64,000 nt of DNA from a virus (taxonomy: Duplodnaviria; Heunggongvirae; Uroviricota; Caudoviricetes): the IMG/VR virus record IMGVR_UViG_3300020451_002055. One strand, given 5' to 3'. Under the pieces are notes generated by a model that was given only the letters and a program-made list of their open reading frames with translations, was not told where the DNA came from and ran no database searches. A program made the translations under genes and the position numbers. Numbering within the stretch: the first letter of the stretch is position 1; the number at the start of each line of letters is the position of its first letter. Below are positions 17,037 through 28,900 of this stretch, piece after piece.

Positions 17037-17289
17037 AAGTCCTCGTCTTCTCTGCTTCTTCGCGAGGACTTTCCGGAACGGTTAGTCCAAGCTGGTATAC
17101 CTGCTTCATCTTTGGCTTCTTCTTTTTCTTCTTGCCCTTCCAGCGATCAATGATGTCTTCATCGCCTTCGTTAGCTCTTTGAGCAGGCACGCCAAAGCTA
17201 CTATGACCCTGGTCTCGATCTACGAAACCTGGTTGGTCATCAAAACTAGCTGCTATTTTCAGAAAGCTATTACTGGCTACTATTCTCAT
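17002..17289 (-). CDS. hypothetical protein with poly-Lys tract
   Basis: Likely start MRIVAS; KGKKKKKKPK; tiles the run. Confidence 0.6.
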   Translation of the reverse strand: MRIVASNSFLKIAASFDDQPGFVDRDQGHSSFGVPAQRANEGDEDIIDRWKGKKKKKKPKMKQVYQLGLTVPESPREEAEKTRTYDSNRSLRNSS

Positions 17290-17536
17290 TGGTATTGCCG
17301 TTCCTTGAAACGCGCTCTTCGGACGCATTCATGTAATACGACATACCGTCTCGAATACCTTGAGCCTTTTTCCAAGCCGCAACATGCTGACCATTGTCGA
17401 GCAGATTCAGTACGCTCTCCATATTGGTCGCATAACGACGGAATACATATGCCATATGGCGGTCAAACTCTTCTGGCGAGGACTCGATAATGCGAAGACG
17501 CTGGTCGCCTTGCTGAGTGTTTTCTGAATTGGACAT
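17270..17536 (-). CDS. hypothetical protein (88 aa)
   Basis: AGGAG SD upstream. Confidence 0.7.
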   Translation of the reverse strand: MSNSENTQQGDQRLRIIESSPEEFDRHMAYVFRRYATNMESVLNLLDNGQHVAAWKKAQGIRDGMSYYMNASEERVSRNGNTNENSSQ

Positions 17537-17545
17537 CCTGTTCTC

Positions 17546-18643
17546 CTACCAAATACGATCTTCGTTTAGAAGACCTTGTAACGTCGATTTCTCATCTACT
17601 TGCATATCGTCAGATTGAATGCGTAGCAACATCTCAAATGGAACTTCGTCTAGGCCTCGAACTCGTCTTTCGTTTTCCACCCGGTTCCATAGATCATCCG
17701 TGATCGTTTTCCAAGTCTCATACACGCCCCAATCCTCAGATCGAGCCGGTTCAAGCATTTTCTCTGTCAATCCTAAGAACCACCAGTTGGTAGCCATCTG
17801 AGCCGTTCTTTTCATGGAATCCTTCGAATCCTGGTAGACCTCGAAAGCGATCTTCTCCAAATCCTCATTCGCGCAAAGAATACTGAGAACCGCAAAGAAT
17901 GAGGCCGCTTCCTGATCATTCGTGAATGACATGCGGACGAAATCAACCATCCGCTCCTTCATATAGAAGTTGCAGAACGTGTCTGATATAACAGCCGGTA
18001 CATCCTCCTCAGAATCGCACATCGAGTGAAGAGCTTCATAGAGAAGAAATGCTGAACGGACAGAGCTTGACTGGACATCGAGGTTCACGAAAATAAACGA
18101 GCCCTCATTGTTGGTCATTCGAGGGCCTTGCTCTGTCTCTTCATTGACCCAAATACAAGCGTCTGCAATGCCTGAGTGCCCGGCAATGATTCTCATGTTC
18201 GAGAACTCAAGACGCTGTGCCGGACAAATGATATTCCTCAGAAGCCCCCATACCATAGGAAACTGGTCAAGTCGCATAGCTATGGCATCGCCATTGCTTT
18301 CGATAGGGTCGATTGACTCATTCTCAAAATCATAAGCTAATCCCCTAATCACCGAAAGAGCGAAGTTAACGACAGCTTGCCTTTCGCTCTCAGAAGGAAG
18401 AGAGACCCCTACAATGCTCTTTAGATAGTAAACATAGATGGATACCATCGCAAACATATTGCGAGTCAAAGACTCCTCTTCCGGCAAGACCATAACGCCT
18501 CCCTTCAACGAAGGTTCAACCTTGGGCTTGAACTCAATACCAAGATCAACAAAGTCAGCATCGAGTTGATGACAGACAATTCTTAGTATTCGGTGAGGAA
18601 GAAGGAAGTCGCTGATGTGAGTTTTGTCATTCCGGTTCGTCAT
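17546..18643 (-). CDS. hypothetical protein (~365 aa)
   Basis: Long ORF; GAGG SD before MTNRND. Confidence 0.8.
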   Translation of the reverse strand: MTNRNDKTHISDFLLPHRILRIVCHQLDADFVDLGIEFKPKVEPSLKGGVMVLPEEESLTRNMFAMVSIYVYYLKSIVGVSLPSESERQAVVNFALSVIRGLAYDFENESIDPIESNGDAIAMRLDQFPMVWGLLRNIICPAQRLEFSNMRIIAGHSGIADACIWVNEETEQGPRMTNNEGSFIFVNLDVQSSSVRSAFLLYEALHSMCDSEEDVPAVISDTFCNFYMKERMVDFVRMSFTNDQEAASFFAVLSILCANEDLEKIAFEVYQDSKDSMKRTAQMATNWWFLGLTEKMLEPARSEDWGVYETWKTITDDLWNRVENERRVRGLDEVPFEMLLRIQSDDMQVDEKSTLQGLLNEDRIW

Positions 18644-19058
18644 TTTGCACCTCAGGATCAATACCTAAATATCGGAGAAATTCCTCGTAGCTTTTACTGC
18701 TATGAAGAACCCGTTTCAAGGCCTCGATCTCTTTATTCGATATCTTGCTGCCCGAACTCTTGACAGAGGAAGGGTCCGATACCTCTTCTGAGCTATGCAT
18801 TGAGATGATCTGTTCCAGGAGAGCAACAAGGTCAGCTTCGGGATCGCTCGGGTCAGCAATCCAAAGTGATTTCTTAGAGCAACTGGGACAAACATACTCG
18901 AAAGTCAGCACATAGCCGCCTTTTGAGGGGTTATCTTCGCTAAAGTCCTTCTGCCTGACTCCGACGCCAATAACGCCATGAACATGAGTCTCAGCTTTGC
19001 AATAAGGGCATTTCTGCTCATTCAGAAACGGATTCGCCCATGGAGGTAGTGGGATCAT
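18627..19058 (-). CDS. zinc-binding hypothetical protein
   Basis: CPYC...CPSC; likely start MIPLPP. Confidence 0.7.
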   Translation of the reverse strand: MIPLPPWANPFLNEQKCPYCKAETHVHGVIGVGVRQKDFSEDNPSKGGYVLTFEYVCPSCSKKSLWIADPSDPEADLVALLEQIISMHSSEEVSDPSSVKSSGSKISNKEIEALKRVLHSSKSYEEFLRYLGIDPEVQNDEPE

Positions 19059-20277
19059 TAGGGTGCCTTCTCGGATGATCAAGATTGATGTTATAGGAGT
19101 ATGTAATACCCCTCTCATCATGAATACCGAAAAGCTTCTGTTCAGCCCTTGTGCCAGGTAGATTATTCTTCAAAGAGTATACATCAGAACCAACGAACGA
19201 ACCGTTCATTACGACCCTACCGCTATGCGATGTATACTCGCCCGCATTATGGAAGTGACCGCAGACCGCGTAGTGAAGCTTCTTGCCCATTGTGGCCTGC
19301 ATCTTGTTCTTGACTTCAAGCAATCCTTGGATAGGAGTGTTCTTACTCTTAACATCATCTCCATGGCAAAGCAAGAAGTTATGGTTTTGAATATCGACGA
19401 TCTCAAACCAAGACATAGGTATATCGAATGTTATTCTTGGATTGTTACGAAACTCGGTTTCTAGCATTCGATAAATAACAATGTCCCAGTTACAGAAGTC
19501 CTTTTCAACTCCGCTTGGGGCAACCCTGCCATGATTACCCCGAATGCCATAGAAATGAATCTTCTCAAAGATTGTCAACCAGTACCAGATAGCGTCAGAC
19601 AGTGCTTGAACGCCATACATAACCTGGTCGTAAATGTTTGTTGAGATGTAAACCGGAGACCATTTGCCTGCGGCATTCATGCCATCAACGATGTCTCCGA
19701 GGCAAAAAATATGCATCTCAGGAATGGCGTACATATGCGAATGCAGTTCATAGATATCGGCAACAGCGTACTGCATGTTCTGCATTCTTTGGCGGAAAAT
19801 GTCAACGTTGTATTCTGACAATCCTCCGGTCTCTTGCTTGGAATGCTCATGGCCGATATGGAGATCGCTCAAAACGACCCCCATATGCTCAGGAGTTCCT
19901 TCTTTCTGAGATCTTGGAGCCCACTTGCTAAGCTTAGCTTCTGGTCGTTTTTCTATTGCTCTGCAGAGCTTGTCCGCAATGAGGTCGGTTCGAGAGCGAT
20001 GGACTGCGAGACGATTGTCTGCAACAACCTTGTTGTATTCTTCAAAGGTTTCCGTCTTGCGCTTCTTGATTCGCTCCTGAACCTTGTCCGGAATATCCGT
20101 GTCTTCCCAGTTCGTATTGCGATACTTGTCCCAGCATGCTTGTTCAGTTCGCCCAAGAATCTCTGCAATCTGCTTATAAGGAGTGCCCAAGACTCGATGC
20201 TCCCAAAGCGTCGTTGTGTCTTCGATGCTCCAAGGTCCGGTCTTTATCTCTCTACTCTGCTCGTTCGATCTACTCAA
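19018..20277 (-). CDS. calcineurin-like metallophosphoesterase with N-terminal Myb/HTH-like domain
   Basis: SDLHIG, LGDIVDG, RGNHGR, CHGD, CGHFH; N-terminal GPWSIED...YKQIAEILGRTEQACWDKY. Confidence 0.88.
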   Translation of the reverse strand: MSRSNEQSREIKTGPWSIEDTTTLWEHRVLGTPYKQIAEILGRTEQACWDKYRNTNWEDTDIPDKVQERIKKRKTETFEEYNKVVADNRLAVHRSRTDLIADKLCRAIEKRPEAKLSKWAPRSQKEGTPEHMGVVLSDLHIGHEHSKQETGGLSEYNVDIFRQRMQNMQYAVADIYELHSHMYAIPEMHIFCLGDIVDGMNAAGKWSPVYISTNIYDQVMYGVQALSDAIWYWLTIFEKIHFYGIRGNHGRVAPSGVEKDFCNWDIVIYRMLETEFRNNPRITFDIPMSWFEIVDIQNHNFLLCHGDDVKSKNTPIQGLLEVKNKMQATMGKKLHYAVCGHFHNAGEYTSHSGRVVMNGSFVGSDVYSLKNNLPGTRAEQKLFGIHDERGITYSYNINLDHPRRHPNDPTTSMGESVSE

Positions 20278-21029
20278 AGCTGCGCTCCTTGTTCTACAGC
20301 GGCATGATATTCATCTCGGAATCGACGCCATACCTGCATGTGAGCGTCAATCATTTCGCTTTTGTGTTTCTGCGTCATTCCATCAGGATTTTTTCGGTAG
20401 TAGATAAGCATCTCTGGAATGTTCGCCATCTGCTTACCTTCAATCAATGCTCTGGCCCAAAGGTCCATATCGGGAACCGTGTAGATACTCTTGTCGAGCG
20501 TATAACCGCCAAGCTCATCAAAGTCTGCTTTGCGGAACATAGTTGTCGGATCGATCATGGGGTTCTGCTTCAAGCGAAGCAAACTCATAACAATCTGCCT
20601 CTGACGTATAGGAGGGTAAGACATAATCCCTGTCTGTTCACTGTCATGATCGATAGAAATCGCATGCCCGCCTACGCAGAACACGTTTTCATGAACATCG
20701 AGATAGCGAACTTGAGTCTCAAACCGATGCGGAAGACTGATATCATCGCCATCATGAATGGCGATATACTCGCCTCTTGCAAGGGCTATAGCCTCATTTC
20801 TCCGCGTAGGTATCTTCTTATTCTCTCTGCTATCTACAAGATCAACCCTCTCATCGCCGCCGACGATATCGCTAACGATCCTCCATGTAGAATCTGTTGA
20901 TCCATCATTGAGCAAAACCCATTGAAAGTCCGTATAACTCTGATCAAGAACAGACCGCAATGATTCCTCAATGAAGCGTTCGCAGTTGTATACTGTCGTG
21001 ATTACTGTCAACTTAGGCTTGGAAGACAT
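20274..21029 (-). CDS. glycosyltransferase family 2
   Basis: TVITTVYN.ERFI, NDGSTD, RNEAIALARGEYIAIHDGDD, GGY, DMDLW. Confidence 0.93.
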   Translation of the reverse strand: MSSKPKLTVITTVYNCERFIEESLRSVLDQSYTDFQWVLLNDGSTDSTWRIVSDIVGGDERVDLVDSRENKKIPTRRNEAIALARGEYIAIHDGDDISLPHRFETQVRYLDVHENVFCVGGHAISIDHDSEQTGIMSYPPIRQRQIVMSLLRLKQNPMIDPTTMFRKADFDELGGYTLDKSIYTVPDMDLWARALIEGKQMANIPEMLIYYRKNPDGMTQKHKSEMIDAHMQVWRRFRDEYHAAVEQGAQL

Positions 21030-22128
21030 CTCGGTATTGCTCCTTGATCTTTGACCAGTCGTAATCTCTGAGCATAAGCTCCTTGCCGTCTCTGCTCAAC
21101 TGATTTCTTAGATCATTGTCTGTCAATATTGATGTAAGACCATCTGAAAAAGCCTTGTAAACAGGCGTCGAATATTGCAACTGACCTCGCTGCTTCTTAT
21201 CGCTTCTGCAAACAATGCCTCCGGCGAGAGAAGGCACGTTGCCGACATTCAATGAGACATAGGGCAGACCGGCAGCCATACACTCTAAGACAACGAGCGG
21301 CGCGACCTCGGTTTGCGAGGGAAACGCGAATACGTCTGCCTCAAAGAATGCCTGTATCGTTTCTTGCCGCGGAATATTCTTGAGCGAACTCGAAGAATAC
21401 TTAGCCTTGCGGCGCATCATATCATGCCTGCGTCTTAGGGCTTCTGCAGGAGCAAAGTTGACGTTCGTGGATATAAAACAAGCATGGATGTCGGGAACTT
21501 GAGAATTGACCTGCGTTAGAATATGATGCAAATGTTCTTGTCCCTTACCAGGAAAGAAGTTAGATACGCAAAGTATCAACTTCTTATCCTTGGGGATGTT
21601 ATGCATTTCTCTAAAGCTAAAACCCTGCGGCTTGAACTCATTGAGATCAACAGCATTTCGTATAACTTTGACGGGTATATCCATGGATTCGCATGTTGTA
21701 TAATCCAAGTAGTCATCAGAATGAGTTATGACCTGGAAATGCTCATGATTTCGCTGAAACAAAGCAAAAGTATCGCCATGAGCCCGCATATGGTTCATGC
21801 CGACAAGGGCTATGCTCTTTTTGCCAGGTATAGTTTCTGGATGCCTAACCAGAGCAGGCCACATCAAAAACGAGTCGCTGTAAACAAAGGTATGATCGGG
21901 CTTTAACTCTCGTAACTGCTCCATGAAAAGACGCTCGGTCTTCATGTGAGGCATAATGCGGACGCCGTTCTTGACTGTTTCTCGATCAGCCCATTTTGCA
22001 AGAACAATGCATTCCATACCGTAGTCTTGGGTCATAGATTCAGTGACCTGTTGAACTACTTTCTCAGAACCGCCTACATGAAAAGGGGCAGCATGATTGA
22101 CGCATACTACGAGTCGTTTAGGTTTCAT
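21013..22128 (-). CDS. glycosyltransferase family 4
   Basis: HVGGSE, IRNAVD, PGKGQ, DVFAFPSQTEVAPLVVLECMAAGLP (EX7E), YDW. Confidence 0.93.
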   Translation of the reverse strand: MKPKRLVVCVNHAAPFHVGGSEKVVQQVTESMTQDYGMECIVLAKWADRETVKNGVRIMPHMKTERLFMEQLRELKPDHTFVYSDSFLMWPALVRHPETIPGKKSIALVGMNHMRAHGDTFALFQRNHEHFQVITHSDDYLDYTTCESMDIPVKVIRNAVDLNEFKPQGFSFREMHNIPKDKKLILCVSNFFPGKGQEHLHHILTQVNSQVPDIHACFISTNVNFAPAEALRRRHDMMRRKAKYSSSSLKNIPRQETIQAFFEADVFAFPSQTEVAPLVVLECMAAGLPYVSLNVGNVPSLAGGIVCRSDKKQRGQLQYSTPVYKAFSDGLTSILTDNDLRNQLSRDGKELMLRDYDWSKIKEQYRDVFQA

Positions 22129-22877
22129 GTCTTCAAAGCCTCAACAAGGTCTTGACGCTGAGGACGAAACTTTCTCTTTGCCCATTTGGTGCAAAACTCA
22201 GAGTAGCTGTTCTTGAAAATCTCCATCTTCTTAGAGTTCTTACCAAGAGTCTGGTGAGGCAGATGAACAATCCTAGCTTTGTAGTTCCACGCAAGTCTGC
22301 CCTCATCATCCATGATGCGAAAACAGAAGTCGGGATCCTCAAAGTAAGCCGGATTGAATCGCTCATCGAACATACCAAGACGCTCAGGCAATTCCCCTCG
22401 CATAAGCATGCCTCCGCAACCCACATATGTCCAAGGATCGTTCGGTCGCTTTGCTTGCTGCACAGGATAGAATCGACTGTTCATGAGCCAAGCTTCGACG
22501 CCAACAACCCTTGCCCTGGTCCCCTTGAGTACAGAGTGGTGTTGCTCTAGCCAGCCCTCTTGGACATATTGATCGTTATCCAAGAACATGAGATATTCAG
22601 GCTTATCGCTTAGGTTCTTATATAGGTCAAATCCGTAGTTTCTGCCGCCGATGACACCCATGTTCGTAACGCTCGCAGAATAGACCATATTGGCCCGCTT
22701 TCCGGCTTCTTCTGCCAGATATTCGGCAGAGCCGTCATCTGAACCGTTATCAATCATGATTAGCAGCAGATTGTCTTGATCCGTGTTTGCATCGAGATGC
22801 TGCATGAAACGCTTCGTCGTTTCAATGCCGTTGTGAGACAAGACAACTAGGGCTGTTCGGATATCGCCTGTTCCCAT
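22125..22877 (-). CDS. glycosyltransferase family 2
   Basis: IDNGSDDG, NMGVIGGRN, FLDND, GWL, FDERF..AYFEDPDFCFR. Confidence 0.93.
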   Translation of the reverse strand: MGTGDIRTALVVLSHNGIETTKRFMQHLDANTDQDNLLLIMIDNGSDDGSAEYLAEEAGKRANMVYSASVTNMGVIGGRNYGFDLYKNLSDKPEYLMFLDNDQYVQEGWLEQHHSVLKGTRARVVGVEAWLMNSRFYPVQQAKRPNDPWTYVGCGGMLMRGELPERLGMFDERFNPAYFEDPDFCFRIMDDEGRLAWNYKARIVHLPHQTLGKNSKKMEIFKNSYSEFCTKWAKRKFRPQRQDLVEALKT

Positions 22878-22901
22878 GACAGACCTATCGGATGTTCGGC
22901 G

Positions 22902-25900
22902 TTATGTATCTTGGATTGTCACGGTATTACTGCGAACAGTAACGCCAACCGATATGCCATCGAACGGAACGACCTCAGCATACCATTGGTCTCCTGCAGC
23001 CGTGTTTGTTGCAAGGATAAAGCCTTCGTTTGCCAGGCTAGCTACTTCTGAGAAGTCCTCTTCGCCGCTTCTCTTGCGATACCAGCGGATCGAGCTTTCA
23101 TCTTGCTGACTCTGCGAGCCCTGTGCAATGTCGTTATCGAAGAAGGTATAGTTCAGATCCAGGCCGGAATCAACCGCCGGGCTCTCTGGCGTTATGATAA
23201 CGCTTGATACGATCGGAGGCGCGTTCTCGACAGTGACCGGAGCAGAGCGGACAGGATCGCTAATTAGGTTACCAGATGCCGGTCGAACTTCGACTTCAAG
23301 AACATTGCCAATGATCATTGCAACAACTGCTCCGGAGATTTCGCCCGGTACGATCTCGTTATTGCTCAGCCCGTTGACAGACTCATTGAGAATGCCTCGC
23401 TTGAACTCGACGCCGTTGACATACCAAATGATCGTAGACTCGTTCTCTCCTCCATCATCGAAGAAGTTGAAGTCCGCGATAGCAGTAGTCGATGTAGTTA
23501 CCGTATCTTGGAGCCCGCCGGTTTGCGTTCTACCCCGGATAGATATCTCTGTAATGAATGGCGGGGCAGCTACGATCTCAACAGACGGAGAACGAATGAC
23601 TTCGCCAAAGTTGAGACCATCGCTCGGTCGAACGGTGAAGTATACAATGTCGCCTACAGAAACAAGGCTTTCTTCCCGCTCTCTAGCAAACTCTTCAATG
23701 CTTGTTCCGTCAGGCACATCTTCCGGCGTAAAGCTAAAGCCAAAGGACCAGATAGGGTCAAGGAAGTTGTTAATGTTGTTCCATTCTCTTAGATCGCGAA
23801 GGAACTCAGCTTCAACGCCGTTGATGTACCATCTGATCTGAGTCTGCTCAGTATCTTCCTCGTCTCCATTGAGATCAAAGAATCGATAGGTTGCAGAGAT
23901 AGTAGTATATGTTGCCGGAGCAGAAGGCACAACCCTAGGCTCTTGAGCTTCAGGCGGACGCTCCGAAAGCGGAGGCGGCAAGAATACATTGGTATTCCAC
24001 ATGTAGCCAACGCCTCGGATATTGATATCCTCGCTCGCAAAGCGATTGATAACTTGAATGCCGATTCTGAACTGGTCAGAATTCTCAATATCGATATTGA
24101 ATGGGCCGGTTCTCTTTCTCTTGAAGACGATCAAACCCTGTCTCGGGTATGCTCTGTATTCTGTTGCCTCGATGACATTATCAAGGGAATCTCGAACCGT
24201 AATCTGCGATGTCAAATCCCAAGCCCCGTAGGTAGTCTTCCATACAAAGCCATCGATATTGATCAGAGACTCTTTGAGAACTGCCTCTTCCTGATCCGTT
24301 CGAATAGGAATGAAGAGCTTTCCGTATTGATCTACTGCGGGCCTTGCTCCGGTTCTGAAATCTTCCCAAGAAGAAGAGTTACTTGTTGCGACTCCAACAA
24401 GAACTTCGCTCTCGGGCGGATCATTTGCATCGACCGCAACTGCGATCTGCTGAGCCCCAAAGAGGGAGCTATCTGCATTGAGATACAAGAAACTGATCTT
24501 GGGGAGGCTGTACCTGATGTTGATACCAGTCAATGCTGGCACGCCCGGCGTTGCCAGGTTCTCATATGCCTCCAAAATAGAAGCAGACAATCCGGAAAGC
24601 AGAGACACTCTAAACTTGAAGAAACGACCAGTCAGTCTAAAGAAGTCAACTTCGCTATTTGGACTGAACTGATCTGATGGTTCAGAAAAGTTGAAGCCAT
24701 CATCCGAAGCGGAAACCGTCCAGTTGCCATCAGTGTTCTCGAACAGAGTATAATCGAGAACGATTGAGTTGACAACGCTGATCTGACCGAGATCAATAAC
24801 AAGCTCGTAAGCACCGAAGCCGACAGAACCAGCGGCTCGACCGATCATGTTATTGAGTATTTCATTGAGGAAGTTAGCATCAAGAACCGTTTGCGATTGG
24901 CCTCCGGTTTCAGAAGCAATAACCTCAAGGTCATCCGTATCGGTTCTAGCCAGCAAAGCTGAAAGCGTTACGGGGAAAACGACTGAGAAGTTATTGACTA
25001 GAACCGGAACCTCAGCAAATCCATCGATAGCCTGAACATTCTCAAGAGCAGTCTCTAGGCCTATGAAGGATAGGCTCTCTTCATTGTCAGTCTGAACATA
25101 GATGACCTTTGAAGCAGTATCGAGAGCTTCATCAAGCATAACTTCAGCGATAGCGCCAAGGCCGTCATAGAACGGCGATGCTCCAAAGGGGACGGCGTTG
25201 CGAAGGCGCTCTACGATTTCCAAAGCCTCTTCAGCGGTTCCATCATTCGTATTGATGTAAGGAATAACCTGAGGAACCCATTCTATGTCGCTGAAATACT
25301 GAACAGACGGACTCTCTAGCTGCGGAGTCTGCGGAGGGTTAAGGTCAAAGACAGGATTATCTCTATCCGCCAGGTCATCGCCAATAGGCGTTCCGCCTGC
25401 ATTGTCGTCAACATCTGGGCCATCGTCATCGCCGTTGCCATCTGGATCTGGCGGTTCAGGAAGCTCTTGAGTTACAGTATACGAACGACATCCTTCAAAC
25501 TGAGGCGAATACGGATCTGTAGGAGGCGGGTCCAGAACATCCGGCTGACCGTCGTCGTCGGTATCATCATTCGTATCATCTGAATCATCGTCATCCCCGG
25601 TGTCTTGGAACTGGTCAGGATCTTCGTTGTCATCAAAATCGACAACCGTCTGACCATAATAGAAGTCATCGATAACGGTAAGCTGAATACGGATGACGTA
25701 TGGATTGCGAACGTCGCCCTCATTGATAATAAGCGGCTCAGTTTCATCTGCAGAATCGGTATCCTCTTGTTGTCGAGCAAGCTCAAGCTTCCTGCGAATC
25801 TCATCTACCTTGTCAAGAATGTCTTCTGATCTTGGTAGCAACGTAGTAGAAGCAAGACCATTGACAGCAATGATATCGTTGCTTGAGAAAACAACAGGAT

Positions 25901-28900
25901 AAATAAGAGCCGCACGACTTACATTGTCAGAGGCGGTCTGCTGGTCGTCATCGCTTCCGCCGCCACCACCCTGTAGATCATCTGCGTCGTCATCTTCCTC
26001 GCTATCCGGAAGCAATACGAAGCCTCGAACAAGAATTCGTATATCATCAGTCGGCCTCTCGCCAACATCATCAATGAGTTCGATATCTACGCCCGCCGAT
26101 TGCTTGCCATCAAGCCGTATGCGATCTGGCGTTACTTCTGCATTGATCTGCAAAAAGCCAGCAGGGCGACCGCTCGTAATGCCTCCGGCCACATAGACGT
26201 AGCGGAAGTCATCAGAAGTCATACCAAAAGCCTGCCTCGGGATTTCGACTCCTGCAAGCTCAGTAAACGTAAACGGATCAGGCGATACCGAAGGATCAAC
26301 AGATTCAAAAGTCCTTGAAACGCTTGCCTTTCTTGTCGCTCCTCCCAAGAAGTATGGGGTATCTTGGACGACTGCAGTTCCACCCTTGTATCGAGGCTGC
26401 GGAATATCTGCATAGTCCTGCTCGTCTCGCTCGATAGTCAACGTGTCAAGATCAATCTTGTAGGTATCAGTCAGGAAAATGATTTCCTGGCTCTGCCCTT
26501 CTCCGATTGGAACAGCGCCGCCTGAGACTCTAATGGTATTATCTGCTTCATTGTAGAATGCGAAAGGAGCAATACGCTCATAGAGAACCTCATCTTCGCC
26601 AGTAAACTGATCGGAGACGCTCCATTCATCAAGATCTATATCATAGATGACTACTCGGTCGTTTAGCTCCTGTATTCCGCCTTGGGATCCTACAAGCCTG
26701 ATGCCTCCAACAAAGTAGACCTTGCTGTCAACCTTGATAGCAGTCCCCATGGCAACGCCATACGAAAGGAAGTCATTGTCATCAAGAGTTGGCATCGATG
26801 TGATCGGCAGCCATGTATCGATAAGCGGATCATATACCTCGCAAAGTTGAGTTACGACAATACTGTTATCAACAACCGCGAAACCGCCAAAGACATAAAC
26901 TTTGCCCGCGTCCTCGATGGCATGGTGGTAGAACCTTGGCGTGGTCATTGGGGCCATGTCGGTCCATGTTTGCGAATCGATGCGATACTGCTCGTTGTAG
27001 AACGATACCGTATTGCCATCTAGACCGCCGATTGCATACAGGACTTCGCCGTAAGCGTCAAAGGTCCAAGTAAGAGTTAGAGCCCCTCTTGGATGGTTGA
27101 GATCATTTGGGAGGGATTCCCATTCATCAGTGACCGTATCATAGATATCGATCGTGCCGCTGTAGAGGTTGTTGATTACTGCTTCCTGATCGTCCTCATC
27201 CTCATCATCTGGCTGTTCGTCTTCAACCTCGTAGCGGATAGTTACGCATGCGGTCATGCTCCGCTCAGCATCTCCTCGCTTGTCGTAGTTTACCTCTGCT
27301 TGTATCTGAGCCTCAAACTCTTGAATTGGGCTCATTGGGAGAAGAGAGAAAGAGGCATAAGACCTTTCCTCTGATCCATCAATCAACGGATCAACAATAG
27401 TCTCTGTGAATACAACCTGCTGAGGCACTTGAATCTTAGTCGGATTGTTGCCGCCAACCGTTATGCGAATTGGAGTTCCGTTGGGAACAGGGCGTCCGGC
27501 AAACGATACTCTAACAACAAAGGTATGAGACGACTGACCATCAACCAAAAGCTCATTGACAGGCTCATTATCTCTTCGCACTTGAACAATGCGAATATCA
27601 AGCGGTTCTTTAAGCCTAACAATGCATGGCGGGATGCCGTTTTCTGCATCGCCGCCGCCAGAAAGGTATCTAATCTCTCCGTCGAGTTCGGTCTCAGTAC
27701 GACCGAAGATGATGTTGTCTCCTTGTTCCTCTCGGTAAGTAAAGTCAATGGCTGCGCATCGATTCTCAACCGGATCATTATCATCTCCTCCGCTAGATTG
27801 CGGAGGCGGGCCTATGAAGGTATTGATGCGAAGAAAAGCCTCTGTTGTCTGCTCTTCTTCAAGAGGTATAACCGCAAACCCTAATTCTTCCTCGTTATTC
27901 GAGAACGTGGGCTCATCGATGTAGGGATCAAAACCTATCTCAAGATCAGGTCCGTAGAGTATTTCGAAGTTATTACCTGTCTCTACCTCGACCGGCTGAC
28001 CGGTGTTGAGAATGAACAACGTTCCATTAAAGTCGTCTGCGCAAGAACGGAAAATTTGACCAAATAGTCCGCCTGCCTGGTTGGGGTCTTTCCATATGGT
28101 TAGTTTCTCGTAATCATATCCGTCTGCCCACATTTCGACTTGATATTGCCGTAGGTGCATAAGGAATCGAGAACCAAAACCGCCCTGAGTCTGCTGCGGA
28201 TAAATGAAGGCTGGTTTCTCATCGAATGCAGAAAGACCATCGTAAACGATGTCAGTCCTAATAGCATATAGCTCGGGAAGCAACTGCGGGCCAAACTGCC
28301 CTTCAAAGATATACCATGTAACACCGCAAGCCGGTCCAAAGAAGACTCTGCGTGCCTGTCCATTGATGACTCTAGAGAACACGCCGGGACCGGTTTGAAC
28401 GGCATTATCGGTAGAATAGAACGGCCTATCTTTTCCGGATACGCCCTTTCTTAGTCTCCATTTGACAATCTCGTTATCAGGTATTCTCTCTCTGCGGTCC
28501 GGGTTATCTGGATCAATCAGATATGCAGCGGCAAACTGCTCTGCAATATCAACGCAGTCAGGAGCCGGAACGCTTTCTGTCAACTCGATGCGAAGAATGT
28601 TCTCGAAAGCGATATAGAGCTTGCGGCGACCGAAGAAGCCGTTGTAGCTCGCCTTGGCAAAGAACATGACGCCCTGCGGGAAATCAGGAACTTGGAGCGG
28701 TATATCAGCATAGCTGAACTGAGTAATGACGCCTTCGTTGTCCTCTTCCTCTCCCAACAAAAGATCAACAGTTGTAGAGGGAGGAAGAACTGTCCTGCTC
28801 TTGCGATCAGAGAAGGATGGTTCAAATGGCTGCGGCGGATCAGAGTCATTGTCATCGCAATCAGGATCAGAAGCCTCATGCACAGCAACAAAGACCTTAC

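Noticed and set aside
17002-18643. KIAA / KRTAQ motifs as possible prohead-protease or packaging tags
   Set aside because: Only two or three loose instances in the window; not distinguishable from chance
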